Source: Styela clava
Lineage: Eukaryota
Reading direction: 5' to 3'
NCBI RefSeq assembly: GCF_964204865.1
Contig: NC_135252.1
Span: 14,074,001 to 14,138,000, forward strand
DNA length: 64,000 bases
Each line of letters starts with the position of its first letter. Within the stretch, counting starts at the first letter, position 1. The position numbers and the translations under genes were made by a program. Shown piece after piece: positions 1 to 14,100 of this stretch. Under the pieces are notes generated by a model. That model saw only the letters and a list, made by a program, of their open reading frames with translations, had not been told where the DNA came from and searched no databases.

Positions 1-154
1 ATTTGTGATAGATTAATATTCAACTTCAACCAACAGGAATTCAGAAAAAATATTGAGTTGATTGTGATTGGATAATATATTTTTGCTTATATATATATAT
101 ATATATATATCTGTACAATCTATTAAAATATACTAATTATTTTTCATGATGTAG

Positions 155-3100
155 AAAGAACAGTTTCATTCAATGAAGAAGTTGAAGTGAAAGAAGTTGA
201 TTTATCAGAACCTGTGTTGGAAATTGATGAGGTACTTCATTTCTTGTTTTTTTTATGACTTAACTTACAAAACTGCAGCCAGGTTTTCTATAGCTCTTAT
301 CATTTACTAATCAATTACAGAGCTTGATGGACAAAACGCTCGTAGATCTACAAAATACAGATCCAGAGAGCGGAATTCAAGATACTAATGAATTATTACA
401 GAATGAAGGTATTTTTATAAAACTAATCTCATTTGCCTAATTTGAGCTTTGCAACTGGAAGCTGTTATAGTTTGATGGACTATGTATTTGTGTTATTTAT
501 TTTATGTTGAGCATTTTTTATTTCAAATTTATCATAACATGCTTCCCAACCTGATTTAGTAGTAATGTATACCTGTGCATATTTCAGTATATTTCTACCA
601 CATTGCACCCAGACTTCAATAAGCCTGATTAAAATATATTTCAATCATGTTCTTCATATCTCTCAAGGGTGGATGGTACTTCATGTCGTGTTTTGGCAAC
701 TTTTATTAGTTTTAGTCCGATTCCTATGTCTTGTATGATGTCTTTTTTGTACGATGGCGGAGTTAACTTATCTGTTTATTTATCCTCTTGCTCTTTGTAG
801 ATTCATGTACGCAAATGGGACCATTAATTGATCAGAAACTTGAAGAAATAGATAGAAAGCATTTAGAATACACTCAACTCAATGAAAAAATACTCGAAGC
901 ATTGAATATGTATGACAAGTAAGTTTGAGATTAATATTAAATATGTTTGTATGAATTACCAAAAACTATGATGCAGAGAGAACAGAGAGTTTTTGGACAA
1001 CTTACATGTTTTCAGGATGTGTTTCATACATGTCGCTCCAAAAAAATCTACTGCAAGCTCGCCCCTACTCCGAGACATTCAAGAAATGATTGCAGGTTGA
1101 AGAACATATCAACTCTGACATTAATTACAAAATCAAATTTTCATAAAAGAAAATCTTGTGCTTGTTAAGAATGCTCATTCAATGAGTTTTTGTCAGAAAA
1201 CAACATAATATAATAGTTTTTTATTTGTTATTATATTTGGGATCTATCTAGTTTTCAGGTACAAATGTACTGTATTTCTTTCATTTATAGACTGATGAAT
1301 GAAATGCCGGCATACAATCCAATTCATGCGGCATATATGAAAAATCCAGCAGCAGCTATGTCTACCATGAATCCATATGGTCAACAGATGGTGTCAGCGC
1401 AACAGGTTCCATCTTTTCCTCCTCAGGTTAATCCAGCCATGTATGGCCAACCACAACATCATATGCGACAGGTATGAGAATTTGAATTGTATTTGTGTGG
1501 CTGGGCTTTGTGCTTTTTTCGGTTTTTTATTGGCTATTTTGATATGAGCATATCCTGGCCTATAATTTTCAGTTAACTTTGATGTATTTTCGTACATATA
1601 TACTTACTGCCTTTTGACTTTTTCTGTGCTGAGATTGATGGAGTCGGCAATCTCTCTCAATAACTTTGAAGTTAAAAAGTGTTATGTTGCAGCGGTATAT
1701 TATTGAGTTCTTCTGTATTTGCAGTAGCTTTTAAGAATAACAACCTTGATTTCGTATCAAAATTATCCGATTAATGTAAATAGTTCCTGGATTGAGATGT
1801 TTTGAAGTTCTGCATAATTGATTTCCAACAAAAGTGAAAAAATTTGGCAGTGTTGCTCGGTTGATGTGGTTTATTTTCGGAACACAATCTACTGGAAATA
1901 ATTGAAGGAACGCAATATATTTATGATTTTGATAAAGAATTATGCCTGTTTATGTGTTGATACGTTATTCATACTCTTTTCATCACAACCCACTTGGCAC
2001 GACCAAATTTTTTTGCGACCTTCAGGAACTAAAATAATAATAAAGTAAAATTGGATGATTCAGAAAATATTCAAAAGAATAATGGAATTGACAATACCTC
2101 TAATGAGACCGATATGCTTTTACATTCATTCTCAAAAGAATTTACTTTACTGCATTTCGATTATGGGGGGGTCTCAGAACAGGTTCCGAATCTTTCAAAT
2201 TTGATCAATATTTTGCTATAACTTAATTTAGTGAGGAAAATATTTTACAGCATCTACGATTTGACCCCTTTGAGCCGCAGGGCGGTGGGGACCCCCAGTT
2301 TGAAAAGTCTGAAATCAGAGGTTACCTTCATCAGTCATTTATCAAATAATACTTGTATACTTTTAAGTTCTTTCAATAAGACTCGGCGAACTTATCCATA
2401 AATTCCTAGACTAAACTAAAGGCAATCTGAATTAATTTACCTTGAATTGGTGAAAAAGGAAACATGAGAATTCTGTGATGAAATTACGTATACAACCATA
2501 AGTTATAGGGTATTCTTATAGTATGTGTAATAACTTATTCACAGGCTGAAACGGCACCAAGTAGTTCAAATCCTCAATTAGCAGGAGCCGCTAATTATCA
2601 GATGTATCAACAAGCACCGGTAAGTGTGTTCGACTTAAATGCATATGAATTCAGGGTTTTGTTTTTCAAAATTTTTCCAGGTTGTCATGCAGTTCTTGCT
2701 TTTATAGGTATTACTTACCTATTTCTGCTTAAAAATATGAGTTGAATTTTGATTTTGTAATCTGGCATAATAGTATTTCTGTTTATGGGCTAAAAACTCT
2801 TTTATTGAATACTTCCTGCTTAAATTGTATTGGTAATTGTAAATTTCTTCCACTCTAGCCTGCTCAAGCTGCACCTACGACAACTTCATATGCCGCTCAT
2901 AATGGTATGACACCACAGGGTATGAACCTTTAATATTATCTATATTGTGTGATTGTAATGTTTAAACTTATGGTACAAAATCAATTTAACCATTGGGTAA
3001 TAATTCAAATTAGATTTAGCTTTTGACAATTCTTCACGATAATCATACTAAATTATTATTTACACCTGATGAGATTATCAGTCTATAGGAATTATTCAAT

Positions 3101-4625
3101 GCTTTTTCTTCTATCTATGTTCATATTTAAATTTGATTGACGTTATTTTTCTAGTACATTCACAAATCAACTAATAAATTGCAATTAATTTTAAGGGATA
3201 AGCCATTCTATTCATGCACCTAACAATCAACCATCACCACAAGGGTAAGTATACTGTCACCATTACCCCTTTTGGAAAAGTTTTTTCACTAAATCTATGA
3301 AACGCTTAGCTAAATATGCCTCAATATTGCTTGTGGTGATCACTTCGGCCAAATTCTGCTTTCATGTTAATGTGTATTGATGAGTGACTGTTGTGTCCAT
3401 ATATTAGATTAGAGCATTGCTCTCTTGTTGATGTACAAACTGTTGGTATCGTTGTTAATAAGTGAAGCAAAATTACTGTATGTTTGCATAACCGTTTATT
3501 AAAACTGAACTGTCAGTTTTTTACAATTGTAAGTTCTTATCTCGGTTTCATTAACTGGTTGTGATTTTTGGCCTATTTAGGCAATAATTTATTCTAACAG
3601 ACAGGTAGCAGCAATAAATTGTTTCATGCATTTATTGTTTTGCTTTTTATGAGTTCACTAATACACATTCTATGATTTTTATCATTCAATTCAATATTTT
3701 ATCTGGCACTATAAAATAGAGATAAAGATAAACGTTCGGTTATTAATTATTTGTGATTAATTCAATAATTTGTTAATTTTGGCTTCTAATCTGATCTGAC
3801 ATCATTAGCTGTGGGATAATGTCTGGTTTTGTTTTGTGAAAGAACTATGCAAAAATTGTATTTGTTATATTATTTAGAAACTTTCCACAACAAGTATACA
3901 GAGATACAGCAGTGAGTAGTACAATGCATACAAATCAAATGTCATATTCTAACCAGGTAACTTATCTATTCTAGGTATTCTGATCTTCAGTTCAATTTTC
4001 GCCATTTTTTCTACAACTCTGTGCTCGGCGGCGGGGTGCATCGTGCTAAGTGTTAGAAATACGCTCGCCGCTGGCATGCTGATTTCCTTGCGAGGGTTCG
4101 AATCCCATGTGGGGATAATTATGTGCATGAGAATCGCTGGACTCCTCGCCGCCGTAGAGTGTTTCACGTAACCGTTGGTCGCTTACGACTTCATCCACCA
4201 TCAAGGCCATGCTAATCTAATCCCATAACCGATATGAACTTGTAACCGATAAGCGGCCGTGGTTTGCCATTTGATTAAGCTGTCTTATCGGCTTTCCTCT
4301 CTTCCAGGATAAATATCTAATTCCTATCTTAAGGTCTTAACCTTAACAGATGTGACATGCAACGGCAGTGAGACTTGGTTTGTAATTTTGATTCAAAGCT
4401 TCGAATGATCAGATAATAGATCTCTGTGTAGGTTGCACAGGCGACAGCGGTTGGTCATTCAACCTTCATGGTCATTATCTTTCAGCATTTCTCTCTTTTT
4501 AACAGACAACATTGCCGCAACATCATCAACAACAATATAACATGACTACAAGCTATTCTTCTCAACCAAATCATGGACAACAATATTCAACGACAGCAGT
4601 TCCATCAATGCAACCAATGATGTGA
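155..4625 (+). CDS. STAM: Signal transducing adapter molecule (ESCRT-0 subunit STAM1/2 homolog), 3' part; the 5' exons lie upstream of the window
   Basis: GT-AG exons 155-231, 321-408, 801-918, 1291-1471, 2545-2619, 2859-2919, 3196-3244, 3878-3956, 4506-4625 join in frame. They give [61 protein letters not shown], which matches the STAM GAT/coiled-coil region (human, from memory: [42 protein letters not shown]). A Q/P/Y-rich tail follows, with TGA at 4623-4625. Tail exons are less certain. Confidence 0.93.
4020..4330 (+). mobile_element. tRNA-derived SINE, longest copy in the window (STAM last intron)
   Basis: Pol III B box GGTTCGAATCC at 4095-4105 in a GC-rich head. The 3' end (ggataaatat.taa.tcctat) recurs near 22870-22890, 28568-28588, 35923-35947 and 47695-47720. 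Confidence 0.75.
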
Positions 4626-5100
4626 CATGGGAACAAGATCAAAATGCTGCTGTCAGTCTTTGGTAAACAACTTGCTTTGAAGAATATATACATTGTTTTA
4701 ACATTCTTGCAGTGCAATTCAGCCAGTTATTAGCCCAGAATGAAACCGTCTAATCTACAATTTCAGAATTTGACTGAAACTTTTTTGAATGGAAAAATGA
4801 ATTATTCAATCTCATAACATCACTGCAAAGTTGAAGTTGACTTCAGTTGCCAGTAAAATTATTTCCCCATGTTAGTGCTACGTTATAAATTTATATAATA
4901 ACGCATATATACTAAGTATTTCGGTCCTGATGTATGTGCAAATTTCTTTTTATATAATGTTTTTCTTTTGTTATTTGTCTTTATAGTCATCTTTTTCATG
5001 GATTTCGTGCATGGTGGATCTCGACTTGATATATATATATTTTTCTGAGGGTAAATAGCTAGGATAAGTTGCTCTGGGATTTTGAAGCATGGATCTACAT

Positions 5101-5369
5101 CAGTGGTTCTCAAACTTTTTAAGCCCTTTTTAGAATTTGTCAAGTCTCGCGCCCCACCTCGAAAATAAGCTACAAATGACAAAGAGTGAGACATAAGTAT
5201 GTTTTACTCAAAAAACACGTTGAAAATATGTGGATATAATGTGAATAATGAAATAGATGGAAAGTTTTAAAAACAAATGAGGCGGGAAATATCAATTCCA
5301 ACAAATATTTTTATATTCAACTATCCTCACGTCCCCTCTGGGGCGCGCCCCTTCGTTTGAGAACCACTG
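5101..5369. mobile_element. hAT (Charlie-like) MITE
   Basis: 15-bp TIR cagtggttctcaaac / gtttgagaaccactg; imperfect 8-bp flanks atctacat / ctccagat. Confidence 0.75.
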
Positions 5370-6979
5370 CTCCAGATGGATTGAGAAATTTGACAAGTAG
5401 CATAATGAATTATACATAAAATTGTTAGAATAATATGGCAATGTCTTTAACTATAAATTTATAAGTAAGACTCATGAATGTATCTTTATTTTGTTGTTAT
5501 GATAACCAGCATTATTGGTATTATTGTTTAGAAATATTCATTGTGAAAGATTCTAGTCTTAACAAAATCGACTTCTTGCCTAAAAAGGACAGTCTATACA
5601 GAGTGAAAGATGTACAAAACGTAAAAAAAATAATATTTTCAAGTTTTCGAAAGTCTCGTCATGTTTCAGTTAATTGATCCAATTTGGTTAGTTTCTCACA
5701 CTGCTGCAGAAAACTTTTTTTTTGAGTTGACTGTGATACTTATATGAAGCACAATCAAAATGTGAATTATGATTTGTCACTGGGGTTCACTTCTCTTAAC
5801 TTAGTATCTTATCTTTAGCACATGGAAAATTATCTTGAATGTTGACTTCTTTTCATTTGCAAGTGTATAATATTTCAGGCATACCAAATTCATGTCATTA
5901 AAGATTTTCTTATATTATTATTGTACTTTACTATTTCGATGTTGTTGTGATTATAATATTATTCTAATGTATGTATTGTATATTTTTCCGCGAAAAAAGT
6001 GGATGGCCAATCAAGCTTCTGTTTTTCTTTTGCCTTGTATTTCGCAGTGTGGCTTTCGGATTTGAAAAGTAAAATGCGTGCGATATGCTATCGCGCGCTG
6101 CTCTGGGATTCTAAACAGGGGTGCGAAATTGAGGGAATCACCAACTAGTCTTATATATAATAAACATCAAGGACCGCTAAAAATAATACTTGGATTCATT
6201 TCTTTATCCAGGTCGCTTGTGAAAATAGGAAATTGCAAATTCAAGCCTGCGAAAATTTCCAGAAAAGCGCCGGAATCTGGCTGAGAAAATGTTACTAAAT
6301 GATATTGTCAAATCCAAAGTTAGAAATAAAAAGCGAGTGTATGCAAAACCTCAGGCAATCTGTAAGGCTTTTGTCGTCTACCACTAGTCAATACTAAAGG
6401 ACATTAACACGGTGGCAAAAGTGTTGTTCAGTGGTGAATATTATTATCCAGCAATAAAAACACTTTTTTTTACAATTGTGGCGACTAGAAAGACATGTCG
6501 TTCGTTCACGGGTACTCAAGGTTCAGTAGTTAATAGTTGCCACCAATTCCCCAACGATCGTTGAGAATGAGCACCCACTAAAAACGACACCGGACTCTCA
6601 ACCGTCGACCAGGGAAAATAAGTCGTGCGACTCCATCCACACCCTCCGAACCGATGCGCTCCCGAAGAGCAGGATCCATCCGCCTCACTAACTCTAAATG
6701 ATGCAAGTTCCACAGGCGTGAGCATATTATTTCCCAATCACAGCGTATTTTTCCATATATATATATATTCCGTATTGTGATTTGTGATCCTTAGAATTGG
6801 GACCCGTAACTTTCTACTTCAATCAAAATTCTACTTCAATCAAAATTCTTAATTTATTTTCGATTTGCCTCATTCAGACTTCTTGGTAGAGGAGGGTGTC
6901 AATTCTGGTCGTCAAATATGTTAGGTTACATGTACCGCACAGCTCCCGGCGGTGTCAACACAGCATTTACCGTATATGA

Positions 6980-8793
<1,814 letters not shown>

Positions 8794-9357
8794 GTAGCTC
8801 ATTGCCGTACTGTACAGGCCGAATCGAATCATAGGTCCTTTTCAATCGATAAATATTATGGTGGTATTCCAGTGATCAACCATGAGATGGGTCACAGGTG
8901 AGCGTCATTTTCATCTGAGTGAGTGCGCATGCTTGAGATGAAAATTTTATATAAAACGATTACAGACTCATTGTTGGTCGTAAATGCCGCATTAAAAAAC
9001 CGCCGTGCAGACGTGTCTGTTGCAGGTAAAGCACGTGCATGATGCGCATCGCTAGCGCCCGTCTGCCATTCTGTCGAGTGATTAGTGATGTCCGTGGTTT
9101 TGAATCTTGAGAACGCGTCGTTTCACAATTTCAGGTTTGGTACGCGCCTTCCGTCTGTCCGTAGGATTTTTCACAGGGTACCAGTACAGCAGTATGGTTT
9201 TCAATATTTGCTTCGCACGGAATACTATACTTCTGTACTCTGAGCGGAAGTTTTAGTCCAGAAATGAAGCATATCAAGTTGGATTTATTCGTGGATATTT
9301 ACAGACGGGTACCTATAATTTGCGACTCTGTTACAACCCTAAACGGAGCATCTACAC

Positions 9358-9690
9358 CAGGGGTGGGCACGATTTTTGGACCAGGGGCCAAGAGTTTTGC
9401 CCACCCAAATGGCGGCCCATGTGATTGTGATGTAAAAAGTACATTCTTTGAACAATATTTCTGTATTTACAGTCTTACGAAATCAAAAGTGAAAAAAAAT
9501 AAGCATCCTGCCAAAACTAAATTTAATCGCAATCTCAACACATTCCTGAATTCTTTGAGCTATTTCAATATTTTTTAGCTAAATCATCAAATATTAAGTT
9601 TGGTTGTGGCAGCATCAACATATCAAGTGGGCAGATTGAATCATCCTGCAGGCCTGATTTGGCCAGCGGGCCGTAGTTTGTTCATGTCAG
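9358..9690. mobile_element. hAT MITE with decayed right TIR
   Basis: Starts caggggtgggca, ends gcgggccgtagtttgttcatgtcag; 8-bp TSD atctacac / atctagac (7/8). Confidence 0.65.
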
Positions 9691-10452
9691 ATCTAGACTG
9701 CTCCATATTATTTTCAAAAGACTCTGCGAATGTAAAACAAAATTATAACTCAAACCGTCTTCTGGTCGTAAAAATCTGTGGGGCTGAATGTTCGCGGGGA
9801 AAAACATCTGAACATCTGGACTGAAAGTCTTCATATCTTTTCTGCTTTTTGGTTCAGCTGATTTTTGAAAAACATGATGGTTAGTTTGACAGGTTGATGG
9901 GTGGCTATTGAGTAATGAACTAGCTATATACAGATAGACTATATGAATATTTGGATTTTCTATAACACATTTTAATAACAAAATATTCACAATAAATCTT
10001 TAAAAAGCATCTTCAATTAAGTCAAAATTGTAAAATATTGTGACACAAAACTTTTAATATTCAAGGCATTTTAGAAAGAAGTGAATTCCACCCATAAACC
10101 TCCAAGTTTACTCTTTAAAAATAATCTGTGAAGTCAGTCCACAGTGGATAGAATAGTATAAAAATGTCCACTAAGCAATTCTGAAAAAGAGTAGCGCTAA
10201 AAACTCAAATGTGGACGCATGATTGCTAGTGCAGTGATGTAGTTCACCAGATATTTCAGCACCAGCACAGTTTGGCAATGAAATAAAATTTACAGTGTTT
10301 TATCATGAATTGTGTATAAGGCATTTCCATGTATTCCAGAGATTTGGCTCTGGTATTAGAAACATGCCATCTAGCCATTGCACCTGAATTTTTTGGGCAG
10401 TCATACTTTCTTGTCTTATAGTTCGATAGTTCTACAGGTATCTGAGGGCTAA

Positions 10453-10882
10453 AGGGGTGGTGACTCCTTTACAGCCCATGAGCCGGGGCCACGGCCCATC
10501 TAATTGGGCCACATAGGCCATGGCCTATCAACCTATGGGCCGCGGCCCCATCAGCAAAAATTAAATTATCTTACCAAAATTTTCAATTTTTACAAAATTG
10601 TCGATATTCAAACCAAAAAAAATCGCGGGATCCCTCCAAATATTTTTCTTATGATAAGCATTTATATAAAATTAAATACCAAGCTACATAGGCCTACTAC
10701 TCCTGTAGTATGTGTAGGGTACCAGGTTAGGTTAGGGTTAGGAGTTGGTCACTGTCTGTGTTAGCCAAGTGAATAGTCCCTTTAGAAAACTTGATGGGCC
10801 GCGGCCCATAGACTGATGGGCCGTGGCCCAATTTGATGGGCCGTGGCTCCGGCCCATGGGCCGTAGAGGAGTCACCACTTCC
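10453..10882. mobile_element. Palindromic MITE with inverted arms of about 100 bp
   Basis: Left arm gtggtgactcct..gcccatgagccggggccacggcccatc is the near reverse complement of the right arm gatgggccgtggctccggcccatgggc..aggagtcaccac; internal ggttagggttagg tract. Confidence 0.75.
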
Positions 10883-11169
10883 ACTCTCTGAGGGGGGCTC
10901 AAACAAGTTTGAAAAAATCGAACCATGCCTAGAAACTTAGCTAGATTAGAACAACAATTGCTGAAACTAATCCCTGAATCCACAGAATATCTTTTAAAGT
11001 CTTATATTCTTTATTTATCTGATTTGCAGACAAATAGTAAATTTTTATCTCTCAATGCACCTGTTTTAGACGGTTGTATTGTGAGTAATATTTGGGGCTA
11101 GTCCCGTTTTCAACGTCTAGCCGCAGTAGTTATAGTTAAAGGAATCTAGTTGCATAATAATCAAGTAGA

Positions 11170-14100
11170 ATGGCAACCAAATCCAGTCAACAACAACCAT
11201 TTGCCTTTGCAAATCCTGGAGCAATAACGTCTTTAATTACAGTGGTTGTTCTTGCTCTTTGCTGTCTTGTTGGATTTGCTTCTCGTCTGTTTGCTGTCAT
11301 TAGATTTGAAAGCATTATTCATGAATTTGATCCATGGTAAGTTATGTTTAGAAATATTACTGGAAATTTATCATATTTGTCATCATAATTTTGTTGGTTT
11401 TTTTTCTATGTATTTTTTTTTAAATGTCGAAATACACCTTGATATCAAATATAAAAAAATTGTAGAATATTCTGACTGATTTTGCCATAAACATTCCATC
11501 TGAATCTGGAAAACCTCACTGATTGCAGTATGGCACACTTTACAGATCGAGAGACAATCTCTCGTTTTAGAGAAACCTATTTTAATGGTGATCGAATATC
11601 CCTCCTTCGATGTACGTCTGGCGGATTTTGTCTCCCGATATCGATAAATTGAAGCAGCGCAGTAAACTAACAAAAAGCGCAATCTAAAACCATCATCATT
11701 GAATTCCTCGTGAAAAAATAATCAGATCTACCGATGTAAAAAAATTTTTACCGGTGCGTTCGAGAGAAATGAGCAAAAAACGATTGACGGCGTGTGACGT
11801 CACTGAATTTCAATCGACGCACGCAGGCACGCATCGGCCGTTCCTCGACGTAAACCTTGGCGTGCCGTGTTTCTCTCATTTTCAATGTAGATAGGATGGC
11901 GTGTTAACGATAATAAATGGATCAGAGATAATAAAAATTACATTTTGATAACACACAATCGATAAACAGTAAAATTAATGCCTCGATATAGCATTAGATG
12001 AATAAGTTCATAAAGCAATAATTTAATCTAATGCCGCAACGAGACATTCATATGCCGCAAAATGTGCAACTTGCGTAATTTATACAAGAATAGATCGGCG
12101 AAAAACGAGAATCAAATTAGCAAAATAACTTAATTTAATGCCACATCGATGTATTCATATGCCGCAAATGTTCAGTTTGCATAATTTATACTAGTATAGA
12201 TCGGTAAAAAACAAGATTCAAAATAATATAATGTCCCATCGATACATTCATATGCCGCAAATGTTTAACTTCCGAAAGTTACGGTATACGAGAATAATTT
12301 AATTCAATGCCACATCGAGGCATTCATATGCCACAAATGTTAATCTATACGAAAATAATTTAATTCATATGCCGCAAATGATCAACTTGCGTAATTTACA
12401 CAATAATAGATCGGCAAGAAACAAGAATCAAATTAGCAAAATAATGTAACACATGCCGCATCGATGTATTCATATGCCGCAAATGTTCAATTTGCGTAAT
12501 TTATACTAGTATAGATCGATGAAAAACAAGATTCAAACTAATATAATGCGGCATCGATACATTCATATGTCGCGAATGTTTAACTTCGAAGTATACGGAA
12601 TACGAGAATATTTTAATTCAATGCCACGTCGAGGCAATCATATACCGCAAATGTTAATTTGCGTGATTTATGCAAGAATAGATAGGTGAAAAACAAGAAT
12701 CAAATTAATATAATGCCGCATTGATGCATTCGTATGCCGCAAATGATCAACTTGCGTAGTCTGTGAAAAACAAGAATCAAATTGGCAAAATAGTTTAATC
12801 CAATTAATCATCGAGGCTTTTATTTTACATTTCTGGAAGTTTCAGTTCTAAATAACCGAAGATGCTATGTTAAATTGTTGTAATTACAGGTATTAACGGG
12901 CATACAAAGTTTCACTATCGATATTAATTTAACTATTGAAAAAAAAAACTTCGATATCGTGCATCGTTTTGACTTCGTTATACGACAATTCAAACGATGT
13001 CATGTAGTCACAAACACTTATAATAAAATTAGTTGGACTCGTAGACGTATTAATCGAAACGCATAATTTTGTAATCTCTTGATATTATTTAAAAGTAATT
13101 ATTTTATTCACAGACAATTGCATTTACGCGAAATTATTTTAATTAGGCACTACCAACAGTAGACTGAATATAATGATTCAGAAATACATCGTATATCTAA
13201 CCATATAGGTCAGTATACATCGGTAAAAAACGAAAATCAAATTAGCAAAATTCGAGAGCCGTGCCGAACTGCCGATCTGTGCGTGACTTTCTTTGACGTC
13301 ATATCCAGACATCTGACGTTCTCACGCATCGAGCTCGCAGACGACTCGACGCCCCCCGTTTCACAGACGCCTATTCATATTTTGGCTCTTCCGGAATGTA
13401 GACGCAAATCCGGATTCGGGATAGTGTGCCGTACTGGATTGTATGTATCTTTCAATTTTATTAAAAATATACGGATTATTTTCTGTATTCGATATAAATT
13501 ATACTTGTGCCAAATTTCAAGATGAAATTAGGATTCTGTCACCATGAACAGTCTTTTCTTATCAAAACATATTTATTTGAAATTTATAATTGGATTAATC
13601 AAAATCTATAATTAAAATGCATCGATAGTCAAAATCAGCCTCTCTGCATTGAAATGAATATACTGAAAAACATTTGAAATTGAAATATTGAATCCTGGAA
13701 TATGAATCTTTTTAAATGAAGTCTGTGCATCTGAAACTGGTTAGCTATTTCCATATCCGACGTGTACTGGTTAACGAGAGCCGTGATGTTCCATCGACTT
13801 TTTTTCAGCATCGTATTAATAGGCCTATTTATTGAAGATTAATATTATTATCATGCTACCTCAAAATTCAACAGGTTTAACTACAGAGCCACACATCATC
13901 TGAGTGAAAATGGTTTTTATGATTTTCTGAACTGGTTTGATGAAAGTGCATGGTATCCACTTGGAAGAATTGTTGGTGGAACGGTGAGTCTTTTCACCCT
14001 CTTTGATAATATTTGGTTACAAGTCATTTAATTGGACATTTTCATATTTTGTGGATTTTATTTATACTGCAATTTCTTACAAAGAACCTCAATCCTTTTT

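Noticed and set aside
4020-4110. tRNA gene
   Set aside because: A B box is present but I could not fold a cloverleaf, and the sequence continues into a body and tail repeated elsewhere, so it is a SINE head.
4400-4490. Box C/D snoRNA
   Set aside because: The C/D-like boxes are imperfect and the better pair is antisense to the host gene; the segment belongs to a dispersed repeat.
11960-12820. CRISPR-like array (recurrent 18-bp core with variable spacing)
   Set aside because: The intervening sequences are homologous to each other, spacing is irregular, the context is a eukaryotic intron and there are no cas genes.
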